Shown in pieces: positions 14,001 through 26,539 of a stretch of DNA of 64,000 bases; the stretch's first letter is position 1, and each line of letters begins with the position of its first letter. A model generated the notes under the pieces. It was not told where the DNA came from. It ran no database searches and saw only the letters and a list, made by a program, of their open reading frames with translations. The DNA lies in contig FLMG01000135.1 of assembly GCA_900088475.1 (NCBI GenBank), forward strand, positions 124,430 to 188,429, in the 5' to 3' direction. The translations under genes were made by a program, and so were the position numbers. This stretch comes from Hyphochytrium catenoides (Eukaryota > Protista > Hyphochytriomycota).

Positions 14001-14829
14001 GACTAGCTGCTACCACCTGCTGTAGTGATGCGCTAGGATGGGTGAAGCACTAGGAAGGAGGGCAATAGGATGAGTGCGGCTCCCTCACTCTATAAAATAA
14101 GAGACCCTACGCTGGGCTCTTCAAACTATCATCTAGAGGACTGAGCACTGAGCAGCATCACCCGATAGAGTTATAACCCAGTCCCTAGTTCCACGCCGTT
14201 TCTGATGATGAGATGATTGGCTCCCTCTCTGACTTCCTCTGTCTCTTCTCCCCTCTCTGTCTCCCCTCTCTGTCTGTAAACCTTGGCTTTGAACCTTGCG
14301 TAATGTGTCTCTCTTTCTTATGATGTTTGGTCCAGGGGGATGCCTCCAGCCCAAGATACACTTTGGACTCAAATGGTGAGTGTCCTAACGTCATAGGGGG
14401 TGGTGAGGGTTACTGCACAGGCTCTTACTAGGAGGGTGCCGCCCTCCCCTCCATGGTTAGGAGTATCTCCCACCCTGTTCATGCAAGGCAAGACAACCTC
14501 CTTTGGCTATCTCGTATTGTTGGTAGTTCCTATCTCTAGCGGCCTGTTGCTTCCCGTACCTCTCTCTGTTACCTGCATCTCTGTCTCATGAGTTCTTCAC
14601 CTCTGTCTGGATGTCCTCTATCTGCTGAAGATGCAGATTTCTCAAAAGCCACAGATGACGAAGAACTGTTGCTCCTCCGCAGCCCAGCGTGAGAAGCATT
14701 GAGCCTGTGGAACTTCCTCACTCCTTAAACCTTTCCCCAACTTAGAGGCTGCGTTGGTTGACCTTATAAAGCGTCGAGTGTTGCTCTCATACAAGTTGAG
14801 CCTTGTAGTGGCTCTGGCACCTCGGCAGG

Positions 14830-17800
14830 ATGCAAGCGTTAAAGTTCAGCAGCCGAATAAGCTCGGAGGTACAGGCCGTAACAAGTGCCGACCGCCATCC
14901 GCCTTCAGAATATGCATTGCGAGAGGTCGCAAGTAAGCTCAACGACATCTTCGCCGCCGTTTATAGCCTCCTATTCGTTTCACCTGCCTCTGTAATTTCG
15001 AATTTTTTCTCTCTCTCTTCCNNNNNNNNNNNNNNNNNNNNNNNNNNNNAAAGTGTTCCAAGACCTTGCCGTTCAGCTGAAGAGCTCTGATGTCTTAGTG
15101 CGCTTGAAGGTCGTGGACTGTCTAAAGGTATCGGAGAGAAGCATTGAGACGGAGAGGGAAGAGGAGAGACAGCTTACCCACTCTCTTCGACCTTGACACT
15201 GAACTGCCCAATGAGTTGACTCTTGGCCGAACCTTATTGTCCCCTGTCGGTGATATCTGTAAATACGATTTGCGCACTGACATACTTGTGGCTTTCTCCC
15301 TTGTTTACATAGTTCTTGATGCGCTGTGGCAACTCCAACACAGTCAATATACTTAAGCTAACTTATTTGCCCGAGCTACAAAGAGCAGGAGGTAAGCGAT
15401 GAGATAATACACTAGTGGTCTGATTTGTGCTTACCTTTCAGGCTTATCTTATTCAAGTGCTCCAAGTTACCTACCCTGCGCTATTGGCAACTTCTTGGTC
15501 CTCGTGCTGCCTTGTCAGTCTTTTTGCTCGGTTTCTAGCTATTGCAGTCAGTCAAGGATGTGTTCCGCATTTCGCGTATACGCTCTGTCTGTCGCGATAT
15601 ATGCAGCTGACCAGTTCTCTATGTCATAGTGTTCAAGAGCTCAACTAAGAACCCAGATTTGACACCAAGACTACATGCTTCCTTAGACGTAGGGGCTTTT
15701 TGAGTTCTGTTGTCCCCTCCCCTGAGTTCTTCACCTGTCCTCTCTTCTCACTTCAACTATTGCTGAAGGCATATTTGAGTACACTGATTATGTCGAATTC
15801 GCACCCTATCACATTCTTTGCTTGTGATGCTAACACCAACCTCATTCTCCCTATAGGAACTCCTTAGAATGATCCACGTTGCTTCAACTACCGGAGGATA
15901 CGTCGCCCCTGGCCAGGCAGAGAGTGATGCAGCAGCTAGCATCGACCCGCAAATGCAATACCCACGGCAACCTTCGGGTCAGCAAGGTGAGCTTGACCTT
16001 TATGATAGTTGAATCAATTCCTGACCTATCGTTATCGCCGACTTGCCTTCGCATGTGCTCTTTCTCAGCATGGTCAAGGGAAGGCCCAAGCCCTTATGGA
16101 AATGCACCACAACCTGCATGGGGAGGCACCCAGCAGCCACCTCAACAACCCTCGAATCTCTCTTCACCCTCATTCAACGCTGGCCATCCTCCAGCCACGT
16201 TCAGCCAAGATCAAGGGAGAAGAAATAGTCGGGGAAGCGGGTCGGCTGCTGGAGGGCAGTTTCAGGGCCGATGGGGCTCTGCAGGCTTCCAGGCGGGAGC
16301 TGCTGCTCCACCTCCTCTACCGGGTCCCCGCTATACTTCAAGGCATGTTTCTATATATATATCAGCTTGGTTAAAACGTTTCCTCGTAGTTATCCCACTT
16401 GCCGTAGCTTTTGACTATGGAATGTGGCAATTGCGTGAAGCTACTAGAACAAATGTAGTTTAGCATGGTGTGTCCTGAGAGTGACTCTTTTCAATGTACC
16501 TTTTCCTCAGTGCCCCTCCTGTCTTGAGTCTCATACTGCTCTTTCCCATCTTATTTATTGACTTGTCCTTCAGCTTCCTGCTTCCTCAATCCTTCCTAAC
16601 CCCATCTCTGGTATACAAATCCCCTCATAAAAGCAGAAACGATCTACCGACGGTGCCCGTAGTTCCACCTTCCAATAGCTGGAAGGAGAAAGTTGGTGAC
16701 CTCGGTTATTCTCTAGGCGCCGGGTCCCGGCGCTCGTCGACGACCGTAGTAGCAGGGGCAGCAGATAAGAATGATGCCACTACTTTGGAGAGGGCTAGCA
16801 AGGCTCTGAACCAAAAGATGTGAGACAACATCTACCAACTCTTTTTGAGCATGATGAGCAGCTATGTATTTCTGTCTTTAGGTGCTGTTTCCTTCGCATT
16901 GCCCGGCTTTCAATGTTATCTTTAGGAAGCGTCACTCACATGAGAATCTCTCTGACCGCGGTTGCTTTGGTGCGTTTACTGTAGTGAGAGCTGGGACACT
17001 CGCAACTTTTCCGCTGACACACGGCTAGCTCTTACAGAGAACGACGTCCAGGGGGTTATTGATGGCCCTATGATTGGAATAGGGAGAGGTCCAGAAGGTG
17101 GTGCTGGAAGGGGAGACGATACCGGGTAGGTGCAGTCATATGTGATGGTTGCAAGGCGAAGGGCTGGGCATCAGCCATTCTTTCTGATCGCTTTGCCTGC
17201 GAGCTTCAGTCTTCACCTCCATGTCTTGGGAGTACTCTTGCACTGATTGTCTCCTCATTCTATGCGAAACTCGTAGCTGGGTTAAGGCGTTTCTACATAA
17301 AGCTACCTCGATCCCTTGGGTGGGATTATTGCTGTGGCTCTCTTACTGGTATATTACGATTGCAGGGAGTACGAGCAACACTTAGTGGATGAGCTTTGCT
17401 CACCAGTGGGTCTTTTGAAAGGCTCAATACCACAAGACGCTCTTGGCCGCTTTATTCAATTAGCCAAAACTCTCGACTCTGATCTAATATCATCAATCCT
17501 TGAGGAGAAGCTTCAAGAAACCTCTTGGCAGGTTGAGCTCCTTCGTAGCAATGAAGCGTGAATAGTACAAACGCTAAATGAGTGAGGGCATAGCAGACTA
17601 ACCGGCCGACAAATGTTTGGAGAGATGGGACTTGAATGGTGATAGAGATGGCTGATAACCTTATCCTTGCCATTTCCCGTTGCCTTTTCCTGTAGGTCCG
17701 ACTAAAGGCGCTTACAGTTATCGGTTCTCTTATTTCGTCGCCTGGTCTCGGGGCCTATGCCGAATGGTGGGCAGATAATCCTGAGACAGTCAAGGAGGTG

Positions 17801-19057
17801 AGATCTCGAGGGCTATGTGTCCACGTAGGCATAAAGTACTGACTATCTTTCTTTGTATGCGCCATTGGGGTGCACGCGCACTTTGATGGACTTTTGCTGC
17901 TTGCCTCCTATGACAGATGGTTTCAGACAAGAAGGCTCAAATTCGGTCTAAGGCTAAGGAGGTGAATTTCTATCGATCCTGCTACTAGTGATCCTCTGCT
18001 AGAGAACTAGGAACTCATGCGGAAGATCTAACTTTCGCCCTTGTATGGTCGATCTGGGATAGATTCTCCACCAACTGGGAGTTGAGATTCCTGCATCCAA
18101 CAATCAGCCGGAGGCTGAGGCGAAAAGACCATCTGCATACTCAAAATGCCCTCCAGCCCCCTCCTTTACCACTGATCTTCTCGGAGATTGGTCGGCCGTA
18201 TCAGAAGCAGTGTGTGAAGCTTCTGCCACAACTCCTCCTGCTTCGTCGCCGTTGGACGACTTCCTTACACCCAGGTATTTGCGCAATCTTGGTCGTCTGT
18301 ATTATGTAATCAGTCTCCGCTAAGAGCCACTACTTACCGTTGGCCCCTTATATCATCTATGGCCCCTACTTGCGGGTGGGTGCAGTCCGGTCCTGATGCA
18401 TACTGGAGTAACAGCAGGAGGGGCACCGTTAGCGCAGAATCCAACCGCTGGACGAGGGGTTAGTTAGGGTTTGTCGGTTCTACCATTATGGCGTTGCTGT
18501 TAGACCCTTTATTCACTCCTTAACCTTATCTAATCCGCGGCTGGAAAGCTCTGGCTTTCTGCTGTGTCGTTCCATGCTCTTTATCACGCCTAGTGATTGT
18601 TGGTTGGCTCCTCCTGACACCTAGTGATTGTTAGAAATTTCTAATTGGCACCTCTAACCTGGCAATCCTACAGGACCCTTTTGCCTCCTTCAGCAACGAC
18701 CGGAACTCCAGCCAAAGATCGCAAGCAGGTCCTATGGCAGACGTTCAGCAACCCTATTCCCAACCATTTATGCAACGATTAGACCAACAGACCCCAATGC
18801 AGATGCAGCAACAACATTTCCAGGCTGCCCAGCCTGTCGCACATTATGGAGCAGCAGCTATGATGCCTTCCAGTGGAGGGCCAACTCCTACGATGCCTCC
18901 ACCTCACCCTCATACAGCAATGGGCCAGAGAGGGAGCCTGCCTTTATCACAGCATCAGAGTCTCGAGGAGAGAGAAAGAAGCCTGAGCGACGTCGGAAAG
19001 AATCTCTTCGCTCAAGCAACAGCTGGAGACAGCGCCTCTGGCTTTAGTTTTATATAA
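14830..19057 (+). CDS. TEPSIN: Tepsin / ENTHD2 (AP-4 accessory protein; ENTH + VHS-like domains), multi-exon
   Basis: N-terminal ENTH-like VTSADRHPPSEYALREVA...VRLKVVDCLK; second domain YEQHLVDELCSPVG...ILEEKLQETSWQVRLKALTVI resembles tepsin/MTV1; C-terminal SGFSFI*. Confidence 0.75.
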
Positions 19058-19393
19058 TCCTTAAAATATATAGGAGAGTCGATGGGCTTGCGTACTAAGA
19101 AGCTGACCTCCTGAGGGGCATGCTCTGCTTACACACTACGTCTAAGCTCTAGCTCAGCTCACCTCCTCCAACAAAACTGGTTAGTAGCTTCCATTGTGTG
19201 CCTGAACTTCTTAGGTCTGACGGACAGGCCTTATCAGACGAATCCTCTGGATGGCGTATTGCCTAGCAGTTCTTCTGATGAATTAGTTCTGCCTAAACTT
19301 CAGCGTCATAATAGGTGATACACCTAGAGTGGATACTTTATAGTCAGTCTAGGACTACGACCTCTTTGAGCCGCTGAAAGGCTGGCCAGGGCC

Positions 19394-22300
19394 CTAGATT
19401 GTCCTCTGCTTGCTCTTCTTGGACTTTTCTTTGCCACTGTCCAATGCCTTCCTTTTCTTTACAAATAGGTCAATGTCCCATTTCCTATAATGCGGGACGT
19501 AGGGGCCATTGAAGACCAGGAGGACTGACACGTCCCTGTGATACCGCAGATTGGGAAGGAGCTTCGGAGTGATCAGGAAGTACTGAGGTAGTGCTACACC
19601 CCTCCCGCAAGACAGAGAGACAATCCGCTTGAAGATCAGTCTCTCATTGATGGCGTCCATTCCTTGGTTGATCTCATCAACAACCCTATGGGTTCCAAGA
19701 GGTCGAAGATAGTATGCAACAGGAAAGGGAGTGGCAAAGACGCACAGCCTTAGTGGTGCCATGCTTCTGAATACGGGCAAAGCGCATTGCAAAGAAGTCC
19801 AAAGAACAGTCAATAACAGGAATAGAAGTGGCTGCTAGAGCTATGGAGACGTAGGTCAGGAGCCTGCAGACTGCTAAACCCTTGATAGACTGTCTTAAAC
19901 CAAAAAGAATAAGGGCAGGCAGAGCAGGTAGGCAGTCGAATATCTTTTTCGCAATACCTAAAGGGACATGGCGTTAAGTCCTGCAGAGCCATGAGGTAAA
20001 GTATGGTTGAGACTGCTCTTTCTCCGCCGGACTACAGGCAGCAAGACGAAAGGTGAGGACAAACTGTAGAATGTTTACGAAGCAAATCTAGGGAAGGTTC
20101 GTATTGTCAAACATTGGCCGTTCGTCTCTGCGCCCGCTTAGTGGTCTCTCTTTATCTTGCCCGTCACTTTAAGTGCTCGACTCTTTTCTGTCACTTTCTC
20201 ATGACCAGGACCTCCAGACTCATGCAGTAGCACCAATGTTACCGCCCGTATCGTCAGCGAATGACCTTACGCTCTTTCTTTGTCTTTAGGCCCTCTCTCC
20301 CTACTTCTATCCTTTCCTTTCCTCCTACCTGGACGGCGCCATCCAAGGTCTGCTTGGTGCCATTCGCTCTAAACTGCACAATGATCTTGGCGCTCCATTG
20401 ACTATAATCGGAGTGCGGTGCGAGTTCCACACCGCCGCAGTGGCCTACCTCCTTGAAGTACAGAGAAAAAGAACGATTTATCTTGTCGAAAATGTTGGTC
20501 AGTTTCTCCTTCCACGGCCCCTCAATGCCTCGAATTTCCTCCAGGAGGCAGTCGTGATCCTGCTGGATAGTCTCGAGCTCCACTTCCGACTACCGAGGTG
20601 AGGAAATGTCAGTGAAGTTGGAATATTTGTATGAGAAAACTGTGCGAGCTAAAGAAACGAGGGGGAAAGAGTGGCGTCGAAAACAAAAACCCCAGAAGAG
20701 TGGATGAGAGGACACAGAGGAGAGGGAAAGATAGAGAGAAAGAGAGATAGTGGCGGAAGGCCATGCAGAAGACGAGTAAGAAATAGTTTTGGCTTCGTTC
20801 TGACCTCCTTAATTTGCTCTTGTCTTGCATTAAATTCTTTGATAAGCTGATGGTTGACCACGATACTTTCAGCCTCCACCATCACCTCCCTCAGCCGTGC
20901 CAGGAGTGTAGGCCGATCGTCTGGGTACTTCTCTGCCTCGACTGCGAACTCCTCCGTGTCAGGAACTTCTTTCTCAACTCGTTCATTGGTATCTTTCAGC
21001 TGTAGACGCGCGGGCAATAAAGTTAGTGCTGTGCTACGTGTCCGTTCTGCCCTGACTTCCTGGCTGCCTTTGGGAGGACTAGTATGCCTCCTTCACCACC
21101 TATTGTGCCTAGCTAGAGCAGTTTCTGCAGTCATGGGTGGATTGTAACCTCGGAACACACCTCTTTGAGTTTGTTTCTGAAAATACCCTTGACCTCCTCG
21201 AGCTCCTGTTTTAAGTCCTCGAGAAGGTTGTTGAGGTCCTCTCTTTCATTGCGAACCTTATGGAGGATGAGTGAGTGCCATACGTACCCGAGGAGGGCAG
21301 TCCCCATTTAATGGCATGGCTGCGTACCTTGAGAACCAGAGCCTTTGCTCGAGCTTCACTCATCTTCGCGGCCACAGCCTTAATATGCGCTTCAAGATAC
21401 TTCGCATTCAGCTCAGCTAGATCTGATATTAGACGAGCACGAGCTTTCACGCACTTTACGATGTCTTGAGCGAGAGACGCCTAGGTTATCCAATAGCCCA
21501 AAGAGGACAGAGGTGAGCTTCGGTTACCAATTCTCTAGGGCCATGAGCTGTACCTTCCTCTGCTACACTCCTCCTTACTAGATCTACCTTTACAGCTCCT
21601 GGTACCCATGAATCTCTTGCTATGCTGCATGGAGTCTCATCGATATGCTCTAGTGCCCTTCTATGTGCTTAGCTCTCTATTCTTCTCGCCGTCTGTGTAC
21701 CTTGGTTTTTGAGGTATCTATCTTTAGCATATCCTCAAGTTGCTGAATCTTCTTTGTCTTCGATTTGATCTGGTTGATGAGTGATACCCGTTCGCGCATG
21801 TCTCCGCGTCTTTTGTCCACTTCCTTGTGCAGGGCACGAGCCTTCTGATTCACGCCTTCCAGCTCGCTTGAGATCCCTTTCAGGGCCTATAAGGTTCGGC
21901 ACGGCAAAAGTCCAGGCAGTGAGCAAGAGGGTCGGCACAAGGGACACCACGGCACACAGGTCTGTGAGGCACATGCCGGAAGGCTAAGGTGCAAAAGAGA
22001 GAAAAATGACTGTACATTCAGTGGAACAAGGCGGAGTACCACGATACCAAGCAGAGGAAGTAGCTGTAGATATCTGGTTACCTCACTAATCTCCTGGTGT
22101 TGCCGCTCCAGCTCTTGTTGTTGGCGTTCCATCTCCATCCTTCGCTCATTTTGAAGGTCATCAGCTCCAACTGACAAATATTTGAGTTGACTACGTAAGT
22201 CGCTGGTGCGGATGGAAACGTTACGCGCCCCATACTTGGATGTAGTTGCAGTATACTACGAGTAGAGAAAATGGAAGTCGCAAAAAATAGCTGTCAGAGC

Positions 22301-25300
22301 ACATCAACTTTCGATCTTGATCTTCCCAATCAATGTACTACCATAAGGCCCCATTCCTGACGCTCTCATGCCCAAAAACACCGTTTCCCACGATTTGATG
22401 TCTACCTTTGAAACCTACCTGAGACTTCGGTGTGAAGATAGAGAACGAGTTTCTATTTGGGTGGTCTTTTTCAATCAGTAAGTCTATCACACTGTTCATT
22501 CCGCTCTGGAGATTGGCAGGAGCAAAAAAGTTTTAGTCCAAGTTTGCGTAGGGAGACACTAGATAAAGGGAAGGCGACGATATTTGTACTAGGGTATTCA
22601 AAAGTACTTAGGGTGGATAGGGTGCAACCTGCGTAGAAAGAGCTTGCTCAGTCTTCTCAGTGCCTACGAGGACGTGATGGATCCGGGACTGGTCTTTCAA
22701 ACATTGGAGGACTGAGGGAGGAGCCTCAATAAGGTCAATAAGATACCCTGCACAAGAGATGATAACAATCTTTGAGTACTATACTATTCGGCTCGTTTCC
22801 GGCTCTTAGACTTTATCGCTGCCCGCATATTATCAGACCTAAAGCGGAGGGACCTTTCTTATCTGTTCTTTCCCCTCACCTCGAATGCCAAACTCATTCT
22901 TCAGCCTCTGCATGACGGCATCATCGTATAAAGGCTGATCTCTTCTTAGGATGCCCTATACGTCAAGAAGATCGAAGCCTTAGTTCCAAAAGCTGTTAGC
23001 ACGGCTTCGAGCGACAGAATCACACTCGCAGGATAGAAAAAGAGAATGACAACCTTGAGATTTTAAGGAGAGGACTTGTTCACAGTTCTTCACATACCCC
23101 TTCGATCTGGGAAAGCGTGAACCTATACTTCGGTTGAGCCTTTTCTCTCAACTCCTCGTACATGACGTTATTGTCTTCTCTACATTCAGCTATGAAAGCC
23201 GTCAAAATGGAATTTGGCACCTGCTGCTCGAGGCACAGTGCTACCATTGCATCGCGGACATTAACCTGAACGGAACCAGAGATACACAATGGTGAGGAAA
23301 GATGAGGAAGAGGCCCCTTAATGCACGCAGAACATCAAAAAGGTAAGTGGCTTTGGGATAAGTTTTAACCCTCGACGCAGCCATGGCTAACTCCAGGACA
23401 CAAGCGTCAGGGAGAGGCGGACCGCCATTTAAGAGCAGAATTACTATGACGTGGCAATGCTGGCAGAAAGTGTCGCGACCCACATGAGAGATAAGAGGGC
23501 CCCACACACGGCGCTTGAACCGAGCACGGTTTTGCTCAAGCCACTGGTACACTCGAAATGCTTCGTGATCTCCTTTCCTTATCCTTTCAAGTTTTTGACG
23601 CTGAACGTTCTGCAATTGACCCATGCGGGTCTTGAGCTCCCGAAGCTGGTGGTTGATAGGATCGAGCTACTCATAGAGGTAGACACCGGATGACCAGACA
23701 GAAAGAGCGAAGTTCATTAGGGAGTGCGAAACGTATATATTCTGGTTGACACGGGACACTTACCTCTGCTGCTTTCTGTCCTCTGAGAACCTTCAGCTCT
23801 GTTTCCTGGATTTTGTAAGCCAAAATGATGCTTAGTCTCAGAGAAGTATATCCCGGTTCCAACCTGTTCCCGTGAGAGCCAAAAGCTTCAGTTACCTGAT
23901 CGCGAACCTCAGCCGACTTCTTCTTAGCCTCTTCGTAGGCTGCCTCAAGCACGGACATGTCTCCGGCAGCCTCTAACTGTTCTTGAAGCTGGGAGTCGAT
24001 CGGTGAGATGTTTAAGATAGCATGGCGTATTGAAGGCGAATGAAGAGCAAGGAGCACAAGTGTATGCCTTTCGGTGGAAAGATACCTACATCTGCGAGAG
24101 CATCCTTCTCCGTCTCCAGGTTCTTTTCATTCTCCTTCCGAAGCCTTTCATTCTGTTCCAACTCTCCCCTTAGGTTTGCTTCTTCATCCTCCTTAGCTTC
24201 AACCTATACCAGGAGTACAAGACGGTTAGATAAATATCAAAGCTCGCACATCTATGGAAGTAGAGAAATTACCTTATCTCTTGTAGCTGTTACGTCCCTT
24301 TCTAGTGTCTGGCATTTTGATTTCTCCTTGTTCGCTCTAAGCTTTAGGTCAGTACCAATTTGTCGAACTAACTGTAGGAGATGCGGAAGACAGCTTCCAA
24401 GGGCAATGTATACAGGAGGGCTCCCAATAGAGATAATATAGAGAAGAACAAGAGCTCAAATAAGACAAAGGAGTTACGCACCTGGCGCTGTAAGTCTTCG
24501 CATACTGCTCCAACTGACTCATGCGGTCCACATAGGGAGCCAACCGCTGCTCAGCGTCCTATACGTTGAAGAAAGGATACCGTCAAAGACTCGGTAAGGG
24601 GAGGGCCTCTCCATGAGACACGGGAAGAGGGGTGCAGCAAGAGGCCAGATACTCACTTTGATCCTGTCATTTACGTCTTGCTTCTTCTGTTTCAATTCCT
24701 GGGCCTCCTTCCTTAGTTCGTCGACCCGTAGCAACAGCTCCTTTTGCTGCATCACCTCAATCTATATTGAAGAAGTAGTTAGCTCGCCATGGCACTAACG
24801 CTCGTGCGTAACAGCAAACGGCAGATAGCAAGGGATAGAAAAGGAAAATGACTGAAGCATATAGTAGAAAGACTAGTTGATGGTTGGAAACGAGAATGCA
24901 CCGCAGGCTTCAGGAAGCCAGGAGGAAAAGGTATTATTCCAAAGGACGGGTTGCCCATCGATTCACCTGGCGCTTTAACTCATCCTTTTTCTGCATGCGC
25001 TCTACATCGCGTGCAACTCTATCGTTTGCTCTTGTCAATGATTCCAGGGCTCCCCGGGAGCTGTCCACCTCCTATTTTACAGCGAGTGTTAATCACAGGT
25101 AAGATGAGAACGCATCACTCTGCCATGGACGACGACGATCCAACCAGACCACAAGGGAGCACATTGTCTTGACTTGCCTTCTTGAGCCTCCTCTCTTTAA
25201 CTTGAAGTTCAATGAGTTTCTGATGGCTGGCATACAAATCCTGAGCTTGTAGGGCCTTCTGCGTCTCCACCAACAGACTCGAAGGAGTAAGCCGGGAGAA

Positions 25301-25960
25301 GTCTCCTACTCTGTCTTGGGGCAGGAACTGGCACAAGTTCTCAATCTGGATGTTATACTTGGCCACCAGCTCCAGAACCTAGCGAGGAGAAGAATGAGGA
25401 GAAGGCACTAGCGTCCGACCGTAGGGCGAGCTGATGTCCACCTCTTTCTCAGTCTTTTTCCTGTCGTTGACGGACCACTGGGAGTCACTTTTCTTGGCAG
25501 CATCGTCTCTGAACACTCGTCGGATGGTCTTGTTCCCAGCTGGGTCATAAATCTCAACCTGAACCGATTAAGTAGCTTGAGGAGGTCTGTTTCATAAGAA
25601 CAGGGCTCTTCTTTTCTCACCTCAATGGTCGCTTCCTGGCAACCACGTCTGACAAACTTCTTTATCTCTTCTGCACGACCTAGCACCTTAGGACTGCCTC
25701 CCAAGGCCAGACATATAGCGCATACTATCGAGCTCTTGCCAGAGCCGTTAGGACCCATGACGACGTTTAGCCGTGGGCCAGGAAAAACTTCAATGTCTTC
25801 ATAGGTAAGGAAATCCCTCATCAAGACACGGTAAATGCTGCAATAAATTAGTCCACAGCAAGACCGCTAAGCAAGGCTAGACTTACCTCCCTGTCCTAAA
25901 TTCCTTCGACGATGCATCATTTTGCCCATTGGAATCCGCATTGTCATCGCGGAGGCCCAT
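19394..25960 (-). CDS. SMC5: Structural maintenance of chromosomes protein 5, multi-exon
   Basis: FLTY...PGPRLNVVMGPNGSGKSSIVCAICLALGG (Walker A), NLCQFLPQDRV, coiled coils with hinge, QSGGERAVSTILYLMALQ, PFRVVDEINQGMDAINER, QYFLITPKLL. Confidence 0.96.
25072..25177 (-). other. Probable GC-AG (U2-type) intron in SMC5
   Basis: Donor AAG|GCAAGT at phase 0 joins to acceptor TAG|GAGGTG, giving ...RRLKK/EVDSSRG in frame. Confidence 0.7.
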
Positions 25961-26539
25961 GGCTCCCTCGATTAACACGATGCTAAGGTTCTCTTTTATC
26001 CCTACAGCGTTCCGCTGTTCCAAGCTCTTCGGAATCTCTCAATGTGCTTACACTCCCCACCCTATAGCATAGCAGAGGCAGACAAAGAGAGGCGACGGAC
26101 CCCCAGTCAGCGGCACCAGGAAGCGAGCTTCATGCCGATGAGAGACGCGGCATCCCTAGGAGATAGTAGTAGAAAGAGCGCCAACGACGCCCCTTTCCCG
26201 CCTTTTTCAAAATCTCTACCAGTTCCAAATACACTCTACTTGTACAAGTACTGCTGGAAAAATACTTACTTTTACTGTAAGTAGGAATAGGCCAAAGAGT
26301 TCACCCATGATGGCCGAGCTGCCAACCTCTGTCCTCAATCAGTTCCCTTGTGAAGCCCTGGTGCTGCTGGTGCTGCTGATCCCTTTCCGGTGCAGTTTTG
26401 CTTCAGTAGAGATCCTGTCTCAAACAGATCCTGCTGCCTCTTCGCTTTGCTTTGCGTCCTTCAGCAGGTCCATCAGCAGATCAAGGATTAAAGATCAGGA
26501 AGGTGGAGAGGGACAAGCGTGTCTTGGCCATTCCTCTTC

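Noticed and set aside
18589-18632. 13-bp direct repeat CCTAGTGATTGTT in a tepsin intron
   Set aside because: Only two copies, so a local duplication rather than an array or CRISPR.
24570-24580. Perfect U12 donor word GTATCCTTTC on the minus strand in SMC5
   Set aside because: It lies in the pyrimidine tract just before the AG of an ordinary GTGAGT...TAG intron that already keeps the frame.
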